From Callorhinchus milii (taxonomy: Eukaryota), in contig NW_024704743.1 in assembly GCF_018977255.1 (NCBI RefSeq), forward strand, positions 25,918,001 to 25,982,000: a DNA stretch of 64,000 bases, written 5' to 3'. This document shows positions 26,384 through 39,300 of the stretch, in pieces; within the stretch, counting starts at the first letter, position 1, and every line of letters begins with the position of its first letter. Position numbers and translations under genes: made by a program. Below the pieces are notes generated by a model. The model saw nothing but the letters and a program-made list of their open reading frames with translations, did not search any database and had not been told where the DNA came from.

Positions 26384-26852
26384 CAAATTGGGATGATGTC
26401 TCAAAGTGCTTCACAGGATTTATATAAAAGTGGAGTGACTCTGTAATTGTAGGTGAACGTGAGCTGATGAAATGCAAAGATTGTTATTTATGAGATGGGA
26501 TTGTCTAGCAGAACTCTGTCCAATATGAGAGAGATCGTTGTTTCTGATTTACAGAAAGTTGAACAGAATATCCCCAATAAGCTTAGATTCGAGCCCCTGG
26601 ATGTGGGTCCTTTAGATATTTTGATTATTTAGGTGTTTTTGTTAAAATATAAGCAAGGAGGCAGTGGCAGTTGATGACCTTTTTAACAGATAAGGCAATC
26701 TGAGTTTGCAAAAGCAAGTTATCTTTATATCATGGCATTGGGCCTTTCACACATGTGCAATGTCTTGGTTTCTCTACCACTGGCCTGCCTCTCCCCTGCA
26801 CCAGTCCTGCTCACCCACTGGCCTGACTATCTCCTAAAAGGATCTGGTGATG

Positions 26853-26923
26853 CTCGCTAGGTGAGGTGATACCTCACTTGCTGCCACCGGCTTGTCAAGT
26901 GAGTCACTGCCTCACCTAGTGAG
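26853..26923. repeat. Imperfect inverted repeat, 28-bp arms, 15-nt loop
   Basis: CTCGCTAGGTGAGGTGATACCTCACTTG pairs with CAAGTGAGTCACTGCCTCACCTAGTGAG (22/28 Watson-Crick). Confidence 0.8.
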
Positions 26924-27404
26924 GTGACCTAGTTTGTTCGCTTATGATATGAAGCATTCGTAAATCTAGTCAGGCATTGTTTTGTATGTTCAACTCCTTT
27001 GTGACTTGTATCAGAGCCTCAATGTTGTCCATTCGGCCTGCCCTATGAAAATATTCCATATACCGAATTCCTATTGTCCAGACTTTTCTGGGAGACAAGT
27101 ATTTCCTTCTTCCAAGAAACATAAGCAGCAATATTTTATGAAGTAAGGCCTTGGAGCTCTTTCAAAATATATATTTTTAAAAAGAAATGTGAAGGACCAA
27201 AGCCCATAGTTAACAGCATTCATAAGGATGAAAAGAGTAGGGGAGAACAATGTAATACATCAAGAGGTGGTGTTGCCAAGGATGAGTTTTAAGGGCCAGT
27301 AGATCGCAGGAGGAAGGGAAGATTTAGGGAAGTAAAAAATTCCATAGTTTTGAGAACTTGGAGAGACAGAGAAAGTATGCAAGAGGGTTACAATAATATT
27401 ATAA

Positions 27405-27670
27405 TCCTCGCATTTGAAATTGATATAACGCCTTATAATGTTGTGAAAACATCTCAAGATTTTCAGCATAGTGACTGCATATTTTGTAAGCAAGCAAGCA
27501 GCCAATTTTCTCCAGTAATGTCCCACAAACAGGCATGAAATCATTGACCAATTTTATCAGGGGGATTGTTGGCCAGAACATCAGAGAATTTCCTTTCTCT
27601 TTTCAAGTAGTGCCACAGGATCTTCAATGTCCATCCAAACAGGCAAAGGGGACCTCAGTTTAACATGGAT
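27405..27670 (-). mobile_element. Deu-SINE 3' two-thirds
   Basis: Reverse strand has GAAGATCCTGTGGCACTACTTG ... TTCTGGCCAACAATCCC ... tail. Confidence 0.75.
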
Positions 27671-28370
27671 GATGTTTTCCTTTTGAGCAATTTCTTGACA
27701 AAGAAAGGGCATGATAAAAATCAGTGTTAAAGTTAATGGAAGTTGATGATTTGTGTCTGTTACAAGCATACTTGTGGGAAAGATCAAAGCTTTTTACACT
27801 TGTAATATTTAGACATCAAGCACATTGGGACACTGGAGTTATTTTGGATTGGATGCTTTCCAAGTCACTGAACAGTTCATTCAAAGCTGAGAATTGGTAT
27901 GTAGTGGAGAGGAAATTATCTTCACTAATTGAGACAGGCTCCATCATGAGTAAGAAAATATGTGGATCATTGCATAAATGTAACTTGGCTAGGGTGCTAA
28001 TCTCTCTCTCTCTCTCTCTGATTCTCTTCAAAATTCTACTTCTTTTCTCTAAATTTCTTTTACTCTTGACTCTCATTCTACACTAAACAATGACAAAAAA
28101 CAATCTAGTTGTCGTATGTGTAGCTTGTGAACTATGCATAGAACCATAGAAATTTACAGCACAGAAGAAGGCCATTTGATCGATCCATTGTATCTGAGCT
28201 GACTTTTAAGAACAATCCTTTAAGATCAATTTACCTGCCTTTCCCCAACAATCTGCTGCATTGTTGAACAATCTATAGTAGAGGGGTATACTTCTCTACT
28301 TGAAGACATTGAGCACTTCAAAGTTGGGGGTTAAGATTGTGATTCATTGTGATTCATCACCTGAATAAGT

Positions 28371-29376
28371 TGAGTCATGTTGCGTAGTGTTTAGTGCGTT
28401 CACTTTGCAAGTGAGAGAACCCAGGTTAGATTCCCGGGCAGGGCAAAACCTTAGGCAAGTTTCGTTACTCCACATAGAAAAAACCTTGCATTTGATATAG
28501 CACTTTTCACGTCTTCTAGATGTCTCAAAGTGCTTCACAGAATATACTGTAAAGTGAATTGACTACATTTGTGAGAGAAATGTGGCAGCCAATTGTGCAC
28601 AGCAGTGTCCCACAAACGGTCGTGGATTGAAGTGACCAATTTATTATTGTTTTTTTTCTTGAGGGATTATTATCAGGCATGTGGAGAAAGGAAACTTACC
28701 CAAGGTTTCGCACTGCTGAAAATCAAACCCAGGTCTCTCGCTTGCGAGGCGAATGCTCTAGCCACTGAACTACAGGACTTCACATGCCTCTGTTTACCTA
28801 GCACAAATAGGAACCTAGTTGTTGGCCAATGGACGGATGACTTTCCAGTGGTAATAATCCCTCCAAAAAAACAAATTGGATTACTCAATCCACGACTGTT
28901 TGTGGGACACTCCTGTGTGCAATTGGCTGCCGCGTTTTGGCCACAATATACGCAATCAATCTTCCTTTACAATATATTCAGGGAAGTGCTTTGAGACATC
29001 TCAACAATGTGATAAGGTAAGGCTCTATCCAGTGGAGTCCTGTAGCTCAGTGGTTAGAGCACTCGCTTTGCAAGTGAGACACCTGGGTTCAATTCCAGGC
29101 AGAGCGAAACCTTGGGCAAGTTGCCTTATTCACACACCTGGTAATAATCCCTCCAAAACAAACAAAAAAAAAAATTGGTCATTTTCAATCCACGACTGTT
29201 TGTGGGACATTGCTGTGCGCAATTGGCAGCCGCGTTTCGCCCTCAACATATAGGGTCAATTCACTTTACATTATATTCTGTGAAGCACTTTGAGACGTCT
29301 AGAAGACGTGAATAATGCTATATCAAATGCAAGGATTATTATTATATCAAAATGCAAGCATTATTATTATTATTAT
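28371..29376 (+). mobile_element. Long tRNA-SINE hosting two nested short-subfamily SINEs
   Basis: Host head 28371-28475; minus-strand short SINE ~28483-28780; host resumes CACATGCCTCTGTTTACC; plus-strand short SINE ~29031-29345; residual host tail to 29376. Confidence 0.85.
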
Positions 29377-30149
29377 AAGTGGGTATAATTATAATTAAGG
29401 CAAACGGCAATAGTCTCGATTCATTTTCCTGCAGTTCTGTGGGCTGCAGTGGCTGACTTTAATTCTGTTATGAATGCCTGGCTTAACTGACAAAGTGTTC
29501 CAACAGCCTCAGGCAAGATATTATTTGAGTAGCTGGACTCAGTGAATTAATAATAAAAATGTAATCTTAACATTTGATTAATGCACCCCATCATATCTTC
29601 AAAACGTCTCAAAGTGCTTCACAAAAATTGCAATAAAGTGAAGTAAATTTCTAGGGAAAAGATGGGCTTATTTCACAATGAGGCCTGAAATTTGACATGG
29701 TCTTAACCTTTAGATCATTGTTGTAAAATGTAAGATGATGCAGAAATTGGCAAAATATTTTGCATTCAGTGTTAATTTGGAAGTCAGATCCAGGCTTACA
29801 GAAAACCATCATCAAAATTATACAATGGAATTTAAGCCTTGGAAATTCTGCATGGTTTTACAAGAGCATCAATAATAGCTTACATTTATATAGTGCCCTT
29901 CATGCGGGATAAGATCTTGGGAGAGCTTTAAGAAGCATTTTAAGAATGAGACCATGTGGAATTTCAGGCCATGGTACTTTACTAAGGAATGGAATTCCTC
30001 ATCGCCACTCTGGATACTGGCTCAGCTCCTGATAACCCTGCAAGCTGAAGGCCTAATGGATATGATTGTCCTAGCTGGACAAGTTTGCCAGATATTGCTT
30101 TCAATAGCAAGCTATGCAGCTTCAGTATTATCTCAACGCACATTCTGGG

Positions 30150-30508
30150 GTTCCCAAGTCTTGGTTCTTGCCAACCTATGTCTAATACTCTCTGGAATTA
30201 GGTAAACAGATACCTCGTTCCAGGGAAAGAATGTGCATTCCATTCCAAACATGAGCATTTCTAAGGGTAGGTGGGATGCATGGAACTCTGTTTGGTTTGG
30301 ATACTCTTATCAGCCCACAAATGGATACTCTTGAATACTCTTTCCGATTTACCCACAAAATAAACAGTCAATCCACTTCACAATATATTCTGTAAAGCAC
30401 TTGTGATCAACGATGTGTTAAGGCACTATATCGAATGCAAGAATTATTATTATTGTTAAGCATAGGGTTGGGTTTCCACATGTCAGACACCCGGCTGACC
30501 AAAAAAAT
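30150..30508 (+). repeat. Unclassified A-tailed interspersed repeat, copy 3 of 4, with a SINE tail inserted (~30345-30455)
   Basis: Ends GGTTTCCACATGTCAGACACCCGGCTGACCAAAAAAA; reverse complement of copies 1, 2 and 4. Confidence 0.7.
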
Positions 30509-31304
30509 AGCTACCTACTGTATTTGTACAGAATTCTCTGGTGTAAATCATCTTCGACGTTTTCAATGATCAGCATCTAATCTCCCCTTCTTTTGCAGAC
30601 CCAAATTTTCCCAAGCCATGATGGTAAATTCTGAAATCCTACAGATTTAGGGATATCTAAATGCTCATTCTCAACTGAAGCTGTGGGTCAATTTGACTAT
30701 CCCTCCTTGAGGTACAATCAGTAAAGTTACCTGGAGGTTCCTTTCTCATCAGTAAAGTTCTTTGGGTAGATCAGTTTCATGGAAGCAGGTAAATGTCTGG
30801 ATGACAGTTTGCTCTCCAAGTGCTTTATTCTTGTACAACAAAGAATATTGCTTTACTGATACGGTAAGGGTTTTAAATGAGCCTTGGAAAATGGTCAAAC
30901 TACCAGAAACAAAGTGAGTCTGGCCGAGCACGGCAAAGCCATGATCTGCTCAAGCAATGGGTCCAGATCACTAATCAATGCACATTAAAAATCCAGCATT
31001 TGGAAGAAAGCTTGGAAAGTGTCATGATAGACTGCTTCTGACCTCTATTTATATGAATCTAATGGACTTTTGGAAAAGCAGTTTGCTTCTGGCACTAAAC
31101 ACAAAGTATTGAATATGATAGATTATATGATACTGAACAGATGGATGTTGAGACATATTGATGGTCTGAATTGATTAAAAATCTAAGGCGAAGTACCAAT
31201 CTAACAGCGAACAAGCATTGGTAGACATTAACCTGCCTATCTGTCAAGTCTGGCAATGCCACAGATGTCATTGAGCAAACCAGAAAGCCACAAATTGTCA
31301 GCTG

Positions 31305-31515
31305 ATAATAATCCTTGCATTTGATATAGTGCATTTCATGTCAGGGTGTCTCGAAGGGTTTCACAGAATTTTTCTTTAAGATATAGTCACTGTGTATTAT
31401 GTTGCCGAATGTGGCAGCCAATTTGTGCATACTAATTACCCACAAACAGGCATGAAGTTAATGTCAATTTTATCTGGGGATTGCTGGCTAGGACACCAGG
31501 AAATATTTTCCTCCC
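31305..31515 (-). mobile_element. Deu-SINE 3' half
   Basis: GGTGTCCTAGCCAGCAATCCCC ... tail on the reverse strand. Confidence 0.7.
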
Positions 31516-32979
31516 TTCAGCTTTGTAGGCGTCTGTATTAAGAACCAATAAGAACAAATTTAGCATTTGATAAGTTGTAGTGTCTCAGCACTAGGTCTCT
31601 TTCAGTTTTGTAATTCTGTTTATAAATATTTATCATGTTGTCATTTGGGGCTAATGTCTTGATAACGGCTTTCAATTTGTATTCAAAGTGCCTTGAAAAT
31701 GCATATTAGAGCTCACATATTAGCCTGCCACATGAATTAACTGTCCCATAGCCAAGACATGTGTCAGATTAGAGGCATTTCATTATATGGAGAAAGACCT
31801 TCAGCAGCATACTTGGTGTATTAATCGTCAATGTATTCCATTGATGAATAGTCAGTGTACTCAAATCAATTCACAATGGTGAATTTTGATCCAGTCTGTC
31901 ACTAAATGTGACCTGTTTTTCATTACTCTGTGTGCTTTTTATTTAAGTTGCAGAGCGACACGTACTGTATTGACACTGACTGAAACATTTCCCCAGATGA
32001 CTTGCTGAGGCTATAATGAGTCACAGAGCGCAGAGATAACAAGCAGAGAGGAGCCTCATCTTACAGCCCATGATACGCTCGACAAGCAGTTTTCATTCCC
32101 TTTTTTGTGGTGGGCGGCACTGAAAGTCATACAGAACACTAGCGAAGATCATAGGATAGTGTCACTTTCAAAGTCACAGCAGCTTGATCTTCTGAGCCCA
32201 GCGTACAAAAAGAAAAAGAAAAAAAGGAGAGCTTGCTCACTGCCAGCCTTGAGGGAAAGCAATGTTTGATCTGTAATTCAAAGACCTCTTCCAGGAAACT
32301 GCTCTCCCCTCAAGTGACACAAAGCAGAACAGTCATGTACTGAACCTCATTACAAAGTTGGATTTTAGTCTGTGCTGATGCCAGAATCTGGTGTACAATG
32401 TTAATTGGGAGACATCAGAAGAATCTGTTTCAAGTCTTATTCACAGAGCATTTGCTCTCTTGCTGAGAGACACTATGTGTGAGGCAAGGCAGAGTTCCTA
32501 AAATGTCAAAGAGAATTAATGCATGATTATATTCATAAATAAATCACTGGTCTACGTTCCGCTAATGTTAAATCTAGCTTTATTAAGGTGGTACAGTTAG
32601 AGTGGTTGTGATTGTCAAGATGAAATCCATCAATGCAGATCCCTTGGTGAGACCTACACCATGCAAAAGCCCATGTGCAATTGGATAGACAGAATTCTAT
32701 GTCTTTACTAGTTTTGGCATTGGCTTTGATCTCAATACCTATTTATTGTTGCACAATTCCATGCTCACCATATCACAATTGTCTGTTTGGTGTATGATGC
32801 AGTATTAAGTGCTGCCAGAATTTGTAATTTTTGACAGTGTTTACATTATGTTTTGCTTAGTTTCAGAACCAATGATGTTCGAAGTTTCATTTACAGACCA
32901 GTTGATAATTAGCACACTACAGGTCACAAGTTTTCACCCCAGAGAGTGCCAGTGGCAGGACTCTTTTTCCCTCTGACTA

Positions 32980-33343
32980 TGGAGTCCTTTAGCTCAGTGG
33001 TTAGAGCACTTACCTCGCAAGTGAGACACCTAGGTTCGATTCCCGGCAGGGCGAAACATCCAGCAAGTTTCCTTACTCCACATACTTCTATTTACCTAGC
33101 GGTAAATAGGAACCTGGTTGTTAGTCGATTGGCTGATTGCTTTTCTAGGGGTAATAATTCCTTCCCCCCAAAAAATAATAAATTGGTCACTTCAATCCAC
33201 AACTGTTTATGGGACACTACTATGGCGCAATTGTCTGGCACATTTCGCCCACAAAATATAGTCAATTCACTTCACAGTATATTCTCTGAAGCGCTTTGAG
33301 ATGTGATAAGGCACTATATCAAATGCAAGGATTATAATTATTA
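32980..33343 (+). mobile_element. tRNA-derived SINE, long subfamily, full length
   Basis: A box TAGCTCAGTGG, B box GGTTCGATTCC, central domain, tail. Confidence 0.9.
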
Positions 33344-34523
33344 CATCCCGCTTAGTGGCAGAACACAGAAATCATACGCCATTGAAAAACCAAGAGTGGA
33401 AGATAAGAAATATCATATCAGTAATTCTCAGTTGTATCCGTCTTGGTACTTTCTACATTCATCACAATGAAAGCCTAGTACAGAAGTTAAATTTCAACTG
33501 AAACAGCCTTCAGATGGATGACGCACAATTTCTCCATTACATGCAGCCCGTTTTATCAAAATGTCTTCTTTTTAAACAGGCAACATCTGTGTTTATTGGA
33601 ATGTTGATTTTCATTCTGCCTTCTTGAGTCTCAAATTATGGCTTAAATCTTCCAACTAAGATGCACTTTGCACCAAAGACATATTGTGGATTGTGTGAGA
33701 CAAATCCGCAGAACGTTATAATAGCAATTTAATTCACAGACTCAACTTTTAAATTATAATGTCTCTCTGAATCACTACATTTGCTAAGCTGCTTCCTAAT
33801 TACTATGCAATGTTTTGGAGAAAAAATGAATTTTAAATATGTCGTGGGAGCCGATATTACCATTTTAATTAAAAGTCTTTAGTTCCAGTTTCTTAACTAA
33901 TAACAGTCTTTGGACAACAGTAGTTATTTATCATTTAATCCATACATGGTTGGGTTGCTAAGTATTAATTTGTTTTCTCTATAATAATATGTGAAACAGA
34001 GATTTATAATTATGCCAAAAAATTTAAATGCATATTTTGTTTTAATATACAGCGTGTGTTTCTGCCTTTTTATTCCATGTTATTCTTTTTAAAAATCATT
34101 GTTTAATCATCTTTCAGTTTTCAAATGAGCTTTTCCATTCACTTCAGTATAGAACAAAGCTTGGCTTGTTTATAACATGTTTCGTTTGAAACACACACAA
34201 ATTCCTCCAATAAAATAAATCGCATTTATGGAAAACTGAATTGAAATATCCGTTATAAAATATTAATCTTGTGCTTGATATTGTGTTATTCTTCCAGGGA
34301 AGATGTCTCAAAGTGTTTCGCAGGATTTTACTGTAAAGTGCAGAGGTTGTGATTTGTATGGGAATTTCGGATTAATGTGCCTGAGTGCATTGGGGATCTA
34401 TTCAGCAGTACCGTGTTACTGCCTGTTGAACACAAGTTGAAAGTGAATCCTAAACAGAGAGGATGCAATCATGTTTCTCTGATGTTTGTTAAGAATCACA
34501 AATGAGTTCTGCTAATCTTAACT

Positions 34524-35762
34524 GTGGAGTCCTGTAGCGTATTGGTTAGAGCACTCACCACGAAAGCGAGAGGACTTGGGTTCGATTCCCGGGAAGGGTG
34601 AAATGTTGAGCAAGTTTTCTTACTCCACATGCCTCTGATGTCCTGTCAGTCTATCTGTCTGACATCAAGATCTGGATGAGAACCAACTTTCTACAACTGA
34701 ATGTCAGCAAGACTGAGGCCCTCCTGATTGGCTCGCGGCAGCGCCTCAGCACCTCAGACATTGACAGCATCAGCATCCATGGTTGCCCACTCCACCTCAC
34801 CAAGCCAGTCAGGGACCTGGGCATCTTATTCGACCCTCAACTGTCCTTACTCCCCCATATCCGTGCCATGATCTGCTCTGCCTTCCCACACCTCTGCAAC
34901 ATTGCCAGATTCCGCCGCTCCCTCACCCCTCAAGCCGCCGAAACCCTCATACATGCATTCGTCACCTCAAGTGCTCCACTACAGAAACTCCTTCCTTGTC
35001 GGCCTCCCCAACTCTTCCCTCCACGAGCTGCAGCTCATCCAGAATTCTGCAGCTCGGGTCCTCTCCCGCATCAGGCTCCGTGACCCCATCACGCCCACCC
35101 TCGCCCGCCTCCACTGGCTCCCCATCCCTCAGAGGATAGAATTCAAAATCCTCATCCTCACTTTCAAAGCTCTCTGTGGCCGTGCCCCCTCCTACCTCTC
35201 TGACCTGCTGACCCCCTGTTAACCTGTCCGCTCCCTCTGCTCAGCAGGCTCTGGCCTGCTCCAGGTCTCCCATCTGATCCGCCCTTCCATCAGCAGCCGG
35301 GCTTTCAGCCTCTCTGCCTCCACTCTTTGGAACTCCATCCCACAATCCCTTCACCTTGCTCCCTCTCTTACCTCCTTCAAGGCACGACTCAAGACCCTCC
35401 TTTTTGACTGTGCCTTCAGCTGCCCTCCTACCCCCTCTGCCCTCCCTCATCCCAACCCTGCTCTCCACTCTTGGGTCCTGATCCCTGACTGTTCAGTGCT
35501 GATGTAATTTTGTTGTTGTTGTTGTTTACCTAACAGTAAGTAGAAACCCGGTTGTTAGTCGATTGGTGGATCACTTTTCCAGGGGTAATAATTCCCTTGT
35601 AGAAAAAAAAATGTTCACTCAATTCACAGTTGCTGTGCGCATTTGGCTGCCATATTTCGGCCACAAAATATACTTTACAGTATATTCTGTGAAGCGCTTT
35701 GAGACGTCTTGGAGATAAAGCGCTATATCAAAGGCAAGGATTATTATAATTATTATTATTAA
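34524..35762 (+). mobile_element. Long tRNA-SINE interrupted by L2
   Basis: Breaks after CCACATGCCTCTG (~34637) and resumes TTTACCTAACAGTAAG (~35525). Confidence 0.85.
34638..35525 (+). mobile_element. L2 LINE 3' fragment
   Basis: [19 protein letters not shown] ... QNSAARVL ... LHWLPIPQRIEFKILILTFKAL; (GTT)n tail. Confidence 0.93.
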
Positions 35763-35849
35763 CCTGCATATATAATGTATAGTTAGTGAGTCTTGTGACA
35801 AATCACGGTGGAGTCCCCTCCTGATACAGTTCACAAGATCACAAAATTG

Positions 35850-36260
35850 GTTTAGCCCATTTGATCTCATACATTCAGAATATTCACCATACCATCCGCC
35901 CATCACAGCATCAACCTGCTTTTTAAATGAGCCCAGCGTCCTGGACTCAAGCTCCCTTCCCAGCAATCTGTTCCAGTTATTAAGTTCCCTGTGGGTAAAG
36001 AAAAAGATCCTGGTGTATGTTTTGAAATTGCCCTTTGCAATGCTAAACCTCTCGTCTTATTGCCTTGTGCATCGTAAAGTATCTTGTTTAAATCCCGTTT
36101 AAGATGTTATACATCTCTATAAGATACACTGATATATCTTCTCTCAAACCTGAGGAGCTCTACCTTGTCTAATGGTTGCTCGTAGCACATTCTTCTAACA
36201 TTGGGGATTATCCTCATTTCTCTCCTCAGCACTGCCTCTAGGCCTTGGAAGTCCCGTTAT
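35850..36260 (-). mobile_element. Old CR1 3' fragment
   Basis: Reverse strand has TTCTTTACCCACAGGG ... TGGAACAGATTGC ... FKKQVDAVM. Confidence 0.6.
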
Positions 36261-37416
36261 GTTGTTGTGACCGGGGACGATGGCCGGGGGTGCAGTTAGT
36301 ATATGCCTTGCTATGAGTACAGTTCTTTCTTAAACAAGCTGCTGTCTTTAATTACCTTCAATTACTGAAGGTCTGCACATTCCATAGTTTCTTCAATTAA
36401 CAGAGCTGCTTTCCCTTCACACGAAGTTCCAGCAGTCCTCTCTCTGATCATCCCACCATACACAAATTCTCCAAGTATGGCACTTCACTCAATGTTCTCT
36501 GTCCAGTAAGATATGATGTACAGTGCGTAAACAAAATATATAATGTCACTTGGGGAAAGGGCGGGAGAAAAGCTGGGTCAGTGCTGTATTATCAAAGGAA
36601 AGCTGAATCTTGCAATTATCCACAGTCTGTTAAATTTTTAAATGTTATCATTCTGCGCAACATAAAACATTTTGTTGAAAAAATGTAGCCACTTGAATAA
36701 AATCAAACATTTCACGTGGTAACTTTGCTAAGTGTGGTAGTGACTGAAGTCTTTATGTTGTGTTTATATTGCAAGGAGGCTGCAGAGTCATCTCAGTTAG
36801 GAGCAGCTCTGCCAGTTCTATGGGATTCAGGCTCTTTAGATTTTGAGATGAATTTGACAAGCCTGACAGCAACAGCCAAACTCTAATGTACAGTCATTTC
36901 AGAATTGCGCTCATGTATCGTGGCAATGGAGTGTCCACATCTCTGAAGCGGGAGGTCTGAACCGCATTGCCAGATATGTGAACATGCCCCACAGGGAAAA
37001 GTTGACCGCTTGTTCTGCCAACAGCATGAAACAAGGAAAAATGTCATTATGAACTAGAGGGTGATATACCAGTCATTTTTCAATGTGACAATTAAATAGG
37101 TTTCAATAACATGAGTTGTTTCATTAACATCTCTTGAGTTTCGTGCTTGTATTCCACTTGGCCCACTATTTTGAATTAACAGGCAATGCGCATTTATCTC
37201 TTGTAATGATTTTGTCGCACCTTTTAATAACCTGAATTAGTGGAAGAACAGCACATTATGCGGTAGATCTAGATGTGCTGAATGGATGTGTTTTTGTAGT
37301 ATTCAACCTACTGGGACAAGTGTGATTCAGGACTGGATGTTTGTAATCCCATGGCTCGAGCAGGTGACATCCCAAGACTGGAATGGTTGTGATTCTGGGA
37401 ATGAAGCAGTTATTTG

Positions 37417-37637
37417 GGGATTGAAGTGGAGTGATCCTGGGATTAAAGTGGAATCATTCTGGGATTGAAGCGGATTGATCCCGCGATTGAACTGGAGTGA
37501 TCTTGCAATTGAACTGGGGTGAGCCTGGGATTGAGGTGCGATGATGCCGGAAGTAAAGTGGAATGATCCCAGGATTAAAAGATAGTGAAACTGGAACTGA
37601 AGTGGAATGATGATAGGATTGAAGTGAATTGTGATCC
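37417..37637 (+). repeat. Degenerate 22-bp minisatellite, ~10 units (GGGATTGAAGTGGAGTGATCCT)
   Basis: Units start at 37417, 37439, 37461, 37483, 37505, 37527, 37549, 37571, 37593 and 37615; weaker units lie upstream. Confidence 0.85.
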
Positions 37638-38554
37638 AGTTTAATCTTAGGTCACTGAACTATATAGCCTGAAACCAGAATATCTTCACATCTTGATAAT
37701 TTGTCCTATGCTCAAGGCCATGTTCCCTTACCCAGTGTAATGTCCTACTACATAAACGGATTGAACTATTTGATGGCATTGACGATGCGTGTGATTCACC
37801 TTGATCTATGGAGCATAGTAAATGCAATCGGTTTCCAGGATCAGCCTGTGTTTTCCCATTAAAATAGGACCAACAACAAACAAAGACCACACCATCCAGC
37901 CTGGACTGAATCATCACAGTACAGCAAAAACACTTGACCAGAAGTGTCATCACTTTTTAACTATACCAGCATTGTATAAATTTACAGGAAAAAGTCATTG
38001 ATAATTTCCTCCTCTATCAGGCAATGCGAAATTAATTGGTGTCTTGACCTCGCCATTAACATCAACCTCTCTTAGAAATGCACTATCCATATCCTGACAT
38101 TCCTCTCAAAGTCATGTCCGAGAACATGGGCTTGAACCCACAGCCTTTTGACACAGAACAGAGACTGCTACCAACTGCGTCATGCTGACACAATATATTT
38201 CTGATGAAAGATGGAATTGAGGCAATTGATGTAAAGCTGTTTAAGTGGGTTTAAGATTCATAAGAGGGTCACTTGTTGGGCCTAACGGTCTTTCTCTTAT
38301 CCTTAAATCATTTAAGTCTCCTCTCAGTCTTCCCTTCTCATATAAAAACAAGTTCAGCTCCTTGAACCTCCCCTCATACTATAGAACCATACATCCTAGA
38401 ATCATTCATGTTCAGTCACAACACTTTACAGTAAAAATCCTGTGAAGCACTTTGAAATGTTGTCATGACATACAACAGCAACAACAAAATGGAAGGTTTA
38501 TCAAGCTTTATTATTATTGTTACATTTTAACCTTTTCCTTTGACATTAATGTTC

Positions 38555-38912
38555 TATAGCTCAGTGGTTAGAGCAAGCGAGAGACCTGGGTTCGATTCCC
38601 AGCAGGGCAAAACGTTGGGAAGTTTCCTTACTCCACACGCCTCTGTTTTCCTAGCAGTAAGTAGGAACCTGGTTGTTAGCCGATTGGAGGATCACGTTTC
38701 CAGGGGTTATAACTCCTTTTTAAAAAAATAATAAATTGTTCACTCAATCCACGACTTTTTATGGGACACTGCTGTGTGAAATTGGCTGCCGCGTTTTGCC
38801 CACAAAATATACTGTCAATTCACTTTACAGTATATTCTGTGAAGCACTTTGAGACATCTTGAAGACATGATAAGGCGCTATATCAAATGCAAGGATTATT
38901 ATTATGATTATT
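38555..38912 (+). mobile_element. tRNA-derived SINE, long subfamily
   Basis: A and B boxes, central domain, tail. Confidence 0.9.
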
Positions 38913-38914
38913 TT

Positions 38915-39300
38915 GAAGGTAGGGTGGCCCAAACTGTAGCATGGTTCAAATGTTGTTTCACCAGTTGATATGCCCAAAATCATAATAACTTGTTCAACTT
39001 CAACAAATGTGCTTGAGATGTATTCCAGTATATGATTCTCCTTGTCATCAACACAGCTTCACATTGACAGAAGAACATTCAGTTAATGGTCCATAATCAC
39101 TGAAATATTTTCCTTTTCCACTTTTGCTAATGGATGCCCCTTCATTGTCCACATATGTTTCATGTTTCCTGCTCCAATGCTCATAATGGTGCATTTATCT
39201 ACATTCAAATCCATCTCACATTCTTTAGCTCATCCATTTAACTGCTCCAGATTCCTTTGAACGCTAACAATGTCTCTTACACTCAACGCTCATTAATCAA
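38915..39300 (-). mobile_element. Highly degenerate CR1 RT-region fragment
   Basis: GTGGCCCAAACTG (reverse QFGP, cf. QFWSP) and TGCATTTATCTACATTCAAATCCATC (reverse of F-N-V-D-K-C). Confidence 0.5.

Noticed and set aside
27724..28086. Overlapping ORFs and a possible small exon
   Set aside because: Both ORFs run through a (CT)n tract and have no recognisable product.
37417..37637. CRISPR-like array
   Set aside because: Contiguous tandem units with no spacers, no cas genes, and vertebrate context.
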